Assembly (NCBI GenBank): GCA_016710095.1
Contig: JADJLL010000005.1
Location: 1,573-65,572 of the forward strand
DNA from: Candidatus Eiseniibacteriota bacterium
Lineage (GTDB): Bacteria; Eisenbacteria; RBG-16-71-46
Direction of reading: 5' to 3'
Length of the DNA: 64,000 nt
Shown: positions 45,345-53,027 of the stretch, one piece after another
How positions within the stretch are numbered: the first letter of the stretch is position 1
Layout of the letters: every line of letters starts with the position of its first letter
The notes under the pieces: model-generated
Database searches by the model: none
What the model saw: only the letters and a program-made list of their open reading frames with translations
What the model was told of the DNA's origin: nothing
Made by a program: the position numbers and the translations under genes

Positions 45345-46982
45345 TTGGCCGGAGTTCTTATCCGGACTTATCGTGTCCAATCCCAATGGATACGCCCTCG
45401 AAGCCTCGTCGTCCTCGGCCTGCTCGGCCAGACCCTCGATTCGGCCCCCGCGGAAGCGCGCTGGGACCGGTGGCGCCCGAGCGTGGACCTGTTCCGCCAC
45501 GAGGACCTTCTCGTCTCGCGCTTCGAGCTGGTCTTCGACCCGAAGATCGCCCGCCTCGCGAAGACGGTGGCCGAGGACATCCGGAGCGTGTCGCCCGAGA
45601 CCGAGGTGCGGCTGCACGAACTCGCGTTTCCCTCGGCGTGGGACTTCGAGTCCGTCTTCGAGGGGCTGAGCGACTTCGCCGACCGTTACCCGTTCGACAC
45701 CGAAGCCGAGGACTACCTCGTCCACATCACGACCGGCTCGCACGTCATGCAGATCTGCCTGTTCCTGCTGACGGAGTCCCGCCGGATGCCGGCGCGGCTG
45801 CTGCAGGCGAACCCGCCGCACGGCCATCGCGGTGATCCCGGTTCCTGGCAGGTCATCGATCTCGACCTGTCGAAGTACGACCGCCTCGCGAAGCGGCACG
45901 CGCGCGAATCCGAGGACGCGCTGTCGTTCCTCAAGTCGGGCATCGAGACGCGCAACGCGGAGTTCAACGCGCTCATCGCGCGCATCGAGCGCGTCGCGCT
46001 TTCGAGCGCCGCGCCGATCCTGCTCACGGGCGCGACCGGCACCGGCAAGTCGCGGCTCGCGCGGCGCATTCACGAGCTGAAGGCGGCGCGGCGCCTGGTG
46101 AAGGGCGCGTTCGTCGAGCTGAACTGCGCCACGTTGCGCGGCGACGCCGCGATGTCCGCGCTGTTCGGCCATCGGCGCGGCGCGTTCACGGGCGCGACCC
46201 ACGACCGCCCGGGACTGCTCAAGAGCGCGGACGGCGGCATGCTGTTCCTCGACGAGATCGGCGAACTGGGGCTCGACGAGCAGGCGATGCTTCTCCACGC
46301 GCTCGAGGAGAAGCGCTTCCTGCCCGTGGGCGCGGACCGCGAGGAGTCGAGCGACTTCCAGCTCGTCGCCGGAACGAACCGCGACCTCGCCGCGGCGGTC
46401 CGCGACGGCCGCTTCCGCGAGGACCTGCTCTCACGGATCGACCTTTGGACGTTCCGCCTGCCCCCGCTCGCGCAGCGGCGCGAGGACCTCGAGCCGAACC
46501 TGCGCTACGAACTCGACCGCTTCGCGAGCGCGCAGGGCCGGCGCGTGTCGTTCAACCGCGAGGCCGCGGAGCGCTTCGTGCGGTTCGCGTCGTCGCACGA
46601 GGCGCACTGGCCCGCGAACTTCCGCGAACTGAACGCCGCGGTCACGCGCATGGCGACCCTCGCCGAGGGCGGACGCATCGACGAGCGTGGCGTGGACGAG
46701 GAAATCGAACGGCTGCGCGCGGCGTGGAGCGCGGGCGGCGCTGCGCCCGAAGGCCGCGTGACGGCGCTGCTCGGCGCGGGCGCCGACGACCTCGACCGTT
46801 TCGACCGTGTGCAGCTCGAGGACGTGCTCGACGTCTGCCGCACGAGCCCGAGCCTTTCCGAGGCCGGGCGCACGCTCTTCTCGCAGTCGCGGCGGCGGCG
46901 CGCGAGCACGAACGACGCGGACCGCCTCCGCAAGTACCTCGCGCGCTTCGGGCTCACCTGGGAACGCGTGCGGGCGGACTGA
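45345..46982 (+). CDS. rtcR: sigma-54-dependent transcriptional activator RtcR (CARF-like N-domain + AAA+ + HTH); start uncertain
   Basis: Motifs LVVLGLLGQTLD...WDRWRPSVDLFRHEDLLVSRFELV...SPETEVRLHE...WDFESVF...YLVHITTGSHVMQICLFLL, the Walker A LLTGATGTGKS, and GAFTGA. The track start is TTG 45345. ATG 45386 would need a 1-nt correction. Confidence 0.9.
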   Translation: MAGVLIRTYRVQSQWIRPRSLVVLGLLGQTLDSAPAEARWDRWRPSVDLFRHEDLLVSRFELVFDPKIARLAKTVAEDIRSVSPETEVRLHELAFPSAWDFESVFEGLSDFADRYPFDTEAEDYLVHITTGSHVMQICLFLLTESRRMPARLLQANPPHGHRGDPGSWQVIDLDLSKYDRLAKRHARESEDALSFLKSGIETRNAEFNALIARIERVALSSAAPILLTGATGTGKSRLARRIHELKAARRLVKGAFVELNCATLRGDAAMSALFGHRRGAFTGATHDRPGLLKSADGGMLFLDEIGELGLDEQAMLLHALEEKRFLPVGADREESSDFQLVAGTNRDLAAAVRDGRFREDLLSRIDLWTFRLPPLAQRREDLEPNLRYELDRFASAQGRRVSFNREAAERFVRFASSHEAHWPANFRELNAAVTRMATLAEGGRIDERGVDEEIERLRAAWSAGGAAPEGRVTALLGAGADDLDRFDRVQLEDVLDVCRTSPSLSEAGRTLFSQSRRRRASTNDADRLRKYLARFGLTWERVRAD

Positions 46983-46984
46983 CC

Positions 46985-48271
46985 ATGGCCCGCATCGTCT
47001 TCGCCACACTCGGGTCGCTCGGCGACCTGCATCCCTACATGGCAGTCGCGCGTGAACTCGCGGCGCACGGGCACTCGCCCGTGCTCGCGACGCATCCGTA
47101 CTACCGCGCGCGCGTCGAGGGCGCGGGGCTCGGCTTCGCGCCCGTGCGGCCCGACATGGCCGAGTACGGCGATCCGGCCGAGGTCATGCGCAAGGCGATG
47201 GACCTGCACCACGGCAGCCGCTGGATCCTCGAAAACGTCGTGCTCGCGAAGCTGGCCGAGAGCCGCGACGACCTGATGGCCGCGTGCGCCGGCGCCGATC
47301 TCGTCGTGAGCCACGTGCTCACGCTCACCGCGCCGCTCGTCGCCGAAAAGCTCGGCGTGCCGCGCGTGCACTCGGTGCTGCAGCCGATGACGATGTACTC
47401 GTGCGCCGATCCGCCCGTCATGCCGGGCATGCCGCTGCACGAACAGGCGCTGCGCTGGGGTCCCGGCACGTGGCGCGCGCTGTACGCGATCATGCGCGCG
47501 GCGAGCGCGCCGTGGTTCGCGCCGATCGCACGCATGCGGCGCGACATGGGCCTGCCGAGCGCGGCCGCGCACCCGATGCTCGGGCTGTCGCACGGCGTGC
47601 CGACGATCGCGATGTTCTCGCGCGTGCTCGCCGAGCCGCAGCCGGACTGGCCGCGGCCCACGACCGTGACGGGCTTCTGCGTGTGGGACCGCGACGGCGC
47701 GGGCGCCGGCATGAGCGACACGCTGCGCGCGTTCCTCGACGCGGGCGAGCCGCCGGTCGTGTTCACGCTCGGCTCGACGGGCGTGTTCGACGCGCGCGAG
47801 TTCTGGGACGTCGCGGCGCGCGTGTCGCGCTCGCTCGGCGTGCGCGCGGTGCTGCTCACGGGCGGCGACGGCCCGGCCGAACGCCCGGACCTGAACGACG
47901 GCACGCGCCTGATCGCGGTGACGTACGCGCCGCACTCGGAGCTGTTCCCGCGCGCGTCGGCCATCGTGCACTGCGGCGGCGTGGGCACGACGGGGCAGGC
48001 GCTCGCCTCGGGCCGCCCCATGCTCATGATGCCGTTCAGCCACGACCAGCCGGACAACGCCCGGCGCTGCGCGCGCCTGGGCGTGGCGCGCGTGGTCCGG
48101 CGCGACGACTGGCGCGAGCCGGTCGTGACGCGCGAACTGGGCGCGCTGCTCGCCGACGCGGCCGCCTCGGCCCGGGCGAAAGAGGTCGCGGCCGTCGTGC
48201 GGGCCGAGCACGGGGCGGCGACCGCGGCCGACGCGCTCGAGGCCGCGCTGGCGGGCGCCCCGCGCCGCTGA
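46985..48271 (+). CDS. GT1-family (MGT/UDP-glycosyltransferase-like) glycosyltransferase
   Basis: MARIVFATLGSLGDLHPYMAVAREL..GH is the GT-B N-terminal signature. The C-terminal donor motif is HCGGVGTTGQALASGRPMLMMPFSHDQPDNA. Confidence 0.85.
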   Translation: MARIVFATLGSLGDLHPYMAVARELAAHGHSPVLATHPYYRARVEGAGLGFAPVRPDMAEYGDPAEVMRKAMDLHHGSRWILENVVLAKLAESRDDLMAACAGADLVVSHVLTLTAPLVAEKLGVPRVHSVLQPMTMYSCADPPVMPGMPLHEQALRWGPGTWRALYAIMRAASAPWFAPIARMRRDMGLPSAAAHPMLGLSHGVPTIAMFSRVLAEPQPDWPRPTTVTGFCVWDRDGAGAGMSDTLRAFLDAGEPPVVFTLGSTGVFDAREFWDVAARVSRSLGVRAVLLTGGDGPAERPDLNDGTRLIAVTYAPHSELFPRASAIVHCGGVGTTGQALASGRPMLMMPFSHDQPDNARRCARLGVARVVRRDDWREPVVTRELGALLADAAASARAKEVAAVVRAEHGAATAADALEAALAGAPRR

Positions 48272-48385
48272 ACTCCGGGCGGGCGTGAGCGCCGGCCGGG
48301 CGGCTTGTCTCCGCTCGGGCCGCGCCCTTAACTTGGACCCGTTCGCACTCCACGCCGCACCGCAATCGCCGAAAAGGATGGCTCC

Positions 48386-50059
48386 GTGAATCGCAACATC
48401 CCGCGCGCCGCGTCCGTGGCGCTTCTCTTCGCCCTCGCGCTCACCAGCTGCACGGCCGGCGACCGTCCCGTCGCCAAGATCGGCAACCGCCTCATCACGA
48501 CCGCCGAGTTCGAGCGCCGGGTCCAGGGCAACGAAATGCAGTACCCGGCCGCCCCCGAGCAGGCGCGCGCCGCCGCGCTCGAAGACCTCATGAAGGGCGA
48601 GCTGCTCGTGCAGGCCGCGAAGGCGCGCGGCGTCGACACGACCGCCGTCTACCGCGGCATGGAGCGCCAGATCACCGAGCGCACGCTCGCGCAGGCGATC
48701 TCCGAGAAGCTCTCGCCGCCCACGGTCGCGGTCAGCGTCGCCGAAGCGCAGGAGCTGTGGCGCTGGATGGGACAGAAGGCCGACGCACAGCTGATCTACA
48801 CGGTGGATGCCGCCAGCGCGAACGCCACGAAGGCCGCGCTCGACGCAGGCATGCCGTTCGCCGACGCCTCCGCGCGCTTCACCGTGCCGGGCGCCCTTCC
48901 GAACAACGGCAACCTCGGACTCGTCACGCCGGGCTCGCTCGTCTCGCCGATCGATCAGGCGCTGCTCTCGCTTCCGCTGAACACGCCGGGCGGTCCGTAC
49001 GAAACGCCGCAGGGCTTCTTCTTCGTGCTCGTGAAGTCGCGCCAGAAGTCCGAGGTCGCGCCGTTCGAGTCGCTGCAGCCCGCGCTCATGGAGCGCCTGC
49101 GCCAGCGCAAGCGGATGATGGCGATGAGCGCGGCGCTCGTCTCGATCGAGAAGGCGTATCGCGGCGAACTCACGATGGGCGCGCCGCAGCTGGTGTTCCG
49201 TTACCTCACCCAGTTCCGCGTCGCCGGTGAGACGGAGTGGACGCCGAACGCGGCCGAGCGCGCGCAGGTCGTCGCGAAGTGGACCGGCGGGACGCTCACG
49301 TTCGGCGACGTGCTCGACGAGCTGCAGAACCCCGAATCGAACAAGCCGGCCGCGAGCGTGCTGCCCGCGATCGAAGCGTGGATGCGCGGCCAGATGCGCA
49401 CGCGCATCGTGCTGCAGGAGGCGCGCCGCCGGCACCTGAACGAAGAGCCGTACGTCGCGCTCCGGATCAAGGCGCAGCTCGAGGAGTACCTCGCGCAGGG
49501 CGAGTACACGCTCGCGATGCAGAACGTCGCGAAGCCGTCGTTCGAGCAGGTGCGCGAAGCCTGGGACGTGATGAAGGCGAACTACGAACAGATCGATCGC
49601 GCGCACATCCAGTTCGTCGTGGTGCCGGACTCCGGAATGGCCGCGCAGATCGCGATGCACGGCGGGCACAGCGGCACGCTCGCGCAGGCGGTGACGATGG
49701 CCGATCCGTCGCTGCAGGCGCAGGACGTCACGGTGACGTTCCCGTCGAACGATCCCGAACTGATGACGCTGCAGGGCCGGCTCCTGCGCATGGCGCCCGG
49801 CGACTGGGCGGGCCCCGAGCCCGTGAGCGGCGGCTGGCGGCTGCTGCAGCTGCAGGACAAGGTCCAGGGTCCGCGCGAGTTCGAGCAGCTCGCGCCGGAC
49901 GTGATCCAGAGCGTCGCGGCGAACGCGTGGGAGATGACGCGCAACCGCCACTTCGAGCTGTATCTCGATTCGCTCAAGACCGTCTTCAAGCCGACGCCCG
50001 TTCCCGAGAACCTCGCGAGGATCGCGTGGCCGCTCGCGCGTCCCGCGGGCGTGCGCTGA
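48386..50059 (+). CDS. PrsA/SurA-like peptidyl-prolyl isomerase (parvulin-type) lipoprotein
   Basis: Lipobox LALTSC. SurA-N-like helical region. Parvulin-like core (GNLGLVTPGSLVSPIDQALLSLPLNTPGGPYETPQGFFFVLV). Confidence 0.7.
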   Translation: MNRNIPRAASVALLFALALTSCTAGDRPVAKIGNRLITTAEFERRVQGNEMQYPAAPEQARAAALEDLMKGELLVQAAKARGVDTTAVYRGMERQITERTLAQAISEKLSPPTVAVSVAEAQELWRWMGQKADAQLIYTVDAASANATKAALDAGMPFADASARFTVPGALPNNGNLGLVTPGSLVSPIDQALLSLPLNTPGGPYETPQGFFFVLVKSRQKSEVAPFESLQPALMERLRQRKRMMAMSAALVSIEKAYRGELTMGAPQLVFRYLTQFRVAGETEWTPNAAERAQVVAKWTGGTLTFGDVLDELQNPESNKPAASVLPAIEAWMRGQMRTRIVLQEARRRHLNEEPYVALRIKAQLEEYLAQGEYTLAMQNVAKPSFEQVREAWDVMKANYEQIDRAHIQFVVVPDSGMAAQIAMHGGHSGTLAQAVTMADPSLQAQDVTVTFPSNDPELMTLQGRLLRMAPGDWAGPEPVSGGWRLLQLQDKVQGPREFEQLAPDVIQSVAANAWEMTRNRHFELYLDSLKTVFKPTPVPENLARIAWPLARPAGVR

Positions 50060-50064
50060 AACGC

Positions 50065-52193
50065 ATGCGCGTGCTTCTTCGTTCGCTGCAGGCGGCGCTG
50101 GCACTCTTCGGCGCCACCGCGGCACACGCCGACCCCTTGGCCGAATCACTCGGCGAAGGGGTCGTGCGTTGGTGGGCCGACGCGCCCTCGCGGGATTCGG
50201 CGCCGGTGAGCGTGATGCTCGCCGAGCCGCGCGCGGGCAAGCCGATCACGCAGGGCGGCCCGATCGCTCCGCGATTCCTGCTGCAGGGCGGCGGGCTCGT
50301 CGTGCGGCTCGACGTGCCGCGCGGCACCACGCTGCACGGCACCGGCGAGGTCGGCGGCCCGCTCGTGCGCAACGGCCGGCAGGTGACCTGCTGGAACACC
50401 GACGCGTACGCGTACAGCTCGACGAGCCCGTCGCTCTACCAGTCGCACCCGTGGGTGCTCGGCGTGCGCGCCGACGGCACAGCTTCGGCGTGCTGGCCGA
50501 CACGCCCGAGCGCATCACGATCGACCTCACGCGCGGCATCGAGTTCCGCGCGCAGGGCACGCCCTTCCCGGTGATCGTGATCGAGAGGACGTCGCCGCTC
50601 GAAGTGCTCGCCGCGCTCGCCGACCTGACGGGCCACATGCCGTTGCCGCCGCGCTGGGCGCTCGGCTTCCAGCAGTGCCGCTACTCGTACGCGCCCGCGG
50701 CGGAGGTCGAGCGCATCGCGCGCGAGTTCCGCGCCCGCGCGCTGCCGTGCGACGTGCTGTGGATGGACATCGACTACATGGACCGGCGCAAGCCGTTCAC
50801 GTTCGACCCGCGCGGCTTCGCGAACCCGAAGGCGCTCGCGGACACGCTGCACTCGCGCGGCTTCCGCTCCGTGTGGATCCTCGACCCGGGCATCAAGCAG
50901 GAGCCCGGCGACATGGTCTACGAGCAGGGCACGTCGGGTGGGCATTGGGTGAAGATGGCCGACGGCTCGCCGTTCACCGGCCGCGTGTGGCCGGGCCTGT
51001 GCGTGTTCCCCGACTTCACGCGCCGCGCGACGCGCGAGTGGTGGGGGCAGCTCACCGCGCGCTTCGCCGAGCGCGCCGGCGCCGACGGCATCTGGAACGA
51101 CATGAACGAGCCGGCCGTGTTCGACGTCGAGGGCAAGACGGCGCCGATCACCGCGAAGCACGAGGCCGACGCCGAACTCGGCGGGCCGGGCTTCCACGCG
51201 CGCTACCACAACCTGTACGGCCAGCAGATGGCGCGCGCGACTTTCGAAGGACTGCGCGCCGCGCGGCCGGAGAAGCGCCCGTTCGTGCTGTCGCGCGCGA
51301 ACGCGCTCGGCGGCCAGCGCTTCGCGGCGGCGTGGACCGGCGACAACCGCGCGAACGACGAACACCTGCACATGACGCTCGCGATGGCGCTCAACCTGGG
51401 ACTCAGCGGCCAGCCGTTCTCGGGCCCGGACATCGGCGGCTACGCCGGCCCGTGCACGGGCGACGACTACCTGCGCTGGCTCGGGCTCGGCGCGCTGCTG
51501 CCGTTCGCCCGCGCGCACACCGAGACGGGCAACGTGCGCAAGGAGCCGTGGAGCTTCGGCCCGCAGGTCGAGGCGCTCGCGCGCCGCGCGCTCGAGACGC
51601 GCTACCGGCTGCTGCCGTACCTGTACACGTGCTTCGAGGAAGCCTCCCGCACGGGCGCGCCGATCGTGCGCCCGGCGTTCTTCGCCGATCTCACGCGCAC
51701 CGAACTGCGCGGCGTCGAGCACGAGTTCCTGATCGGCGCCGACCTGGCGGCACGCATGGCGTGGGCGGAGCCGATGCCCGACACGCCGAGCCTCGTGAAC
51801 GGCGGGGGCCGCGGCCGCTGGCCGCGCGCAGTCGTCGTGCCCGGCGGCGAGAGCGAGTTGTTGCCGACGCTGCACGTGCGCGCGGGCGCGATCGTGCCGC
51901 TGGGGCCGGTCATGCAGTACTCCGACGAGCGTCCGCTCGACGAGATCGAGCTGCTCGTCGCGCCCGATGCCGCCGGTCACGCCGCGGGCGTGTTGTACGA
52001 AGACGCGGGCGACGGCTACGGCTACACGAAGGGCGAGTTCAAGCGCTGGACGTTCACGGCCACGACCGGCGCGGACAAGAAGGTGCGCGTGAGCGTGAAG
52101 TCCGAGGGCTCGTGGGCGCCGCCCGCGAACCGCACGTGGCGCGTGACGCTCGTCGGCGCCCCGAAGGGCGCGACGGGGGAAGTGAACAAGTAG
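50065..52193 (+). CDS. GH31 alpha-glucosidase, exported; frameshifted as sequenced at about 50478-50485
   Basis: The N-terminal part lies in the frame of ORF 49237..50574 (signal peptide MRVLLRSLQAALALFGATAAHA ... YQSHPWVLGVRADGT). The remainder is in ORF 50169..52193 (FGVLADT..., WMDIDYM, GIWNDMNEP, WTGDN). The junction DGTA|FGVLADT needs 1 nt. Confidence 0.9.
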
Positions 52194-52210
52194 CGCAGGG
52201 CCCGGCCTCG

Positions 52211-52238
52211 CACGGAACTGGTCGCGCGACCAGTTCCG
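52211..52238. terminator. 28-nt perfect palindrome ACGGAACTGGTCGC|GCGACCAGTTCCGT between convergent genes (bidirectional hairpin)
   Basis: Read directly from the sequence. There is no T tract, so assigning terminator function is inference. Confidence 0.5.
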
Positions 52239-52250
52239 TCGAGGGCCCCG

Positions 52251-53027
52251 CTACCGCAGCTTCCGCCGCACTTCCGCCGCTCGCCGTTCGCTCGCTTCGA
52301 CGCGCGTGCCGTCCTTGAGGCGCAGCACGAGCACGCCGTCCTCGGCGCCGTAGCTCTCGATCGCGGCGAGGTTCACGAGCGCGCCGCGATGCACGCGCAC
52401 GAACATGCCCTCGGGCAGGCGGGACTCGAGCTCCTGCAGCGTGTAGTCCACGAGGAACTCCTTGCCTTCGCTGCGCGCGAGCACGAGGCGGTCACGCGAG
52501 AACACGAGCGGCACCTCGGCGAGGTCGAGCAGCTTCACCTCGCGGCGGTGACGCACCGGCAGGCGGTGCAGCGGCTGCGCGTTCTGCTGCAGCGTCTCGT
52601 TGGCGAGCGCCTCGCGCACCGCGCCGGCGTTGCCCGAGCGCTTCGCGCCCGCGGCCGCTTCGGCGCGCACGCGCTTCACGGTCTCGCCGAGCCGCTCGCG
52701 GCGGATCGGCTTGAGCACGTAGTCGAGCGCCGCCAGCTCGAACGCCTCGACGGCGTGCTGGTCGTACGCCGTCACGAACACCACGATCGGCGCGTCGTCG
52801 CCCTTCAGGTGGCGCGCGACCTCGAGGCCCGACAGGTCCGGCATGTGGATGTCGAGGAACACGGCGTCGGGCTTGTGCCGCGCGATCAGCGCGAGCGCCT
52901 CACCGCCGCCCTTGGCCACGCCCGCGACTTCGACGTCCTCGTGCTCGTTCAGCAGCTTCTCCATGAACTGACGCGCGCGCGGCTCGTCGTCCGCGATCAC
53001 GACGCGAAGTCGGTCCTCTTTGCTCAC
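52251..53027 (-). CDS. LytR/AlgR-family (LytTR DNA-binding) response regulator
   Basis: GTG 53027 has AGGAGG 6-7 nt upstream and overlaps the kinase stop (GTGA). Receiver motifs VVIADDEP...DAVFLDIHMPDLSG...VFVTAYDQHA. LytTR end region LV...FVRVHRGALVNL. Confidence 0.9.
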   Translation of the reverse strand: MSKEDRLRVVIADDEPRARQFMEKLLNEHEDVEVAGVAKGGGEALALIARHKPDAVFLDIHMPDLSGLEVARHLKGDDAPIVVFVTAYDQHAVEAFELAALDYVLKPIRRERLGETVKRVRAEAAAGAKRSGNAGAVREALANETLQQNAQPLHRLPVRHRREVKLLDLAEVPLVFSRDRLVLARSEGKEFLVDYTLQELESRLPEGMFVRVHRGALVNLAAIESYGAEDGVLVLRLKDGTRVEASERRAAEVRRKLR

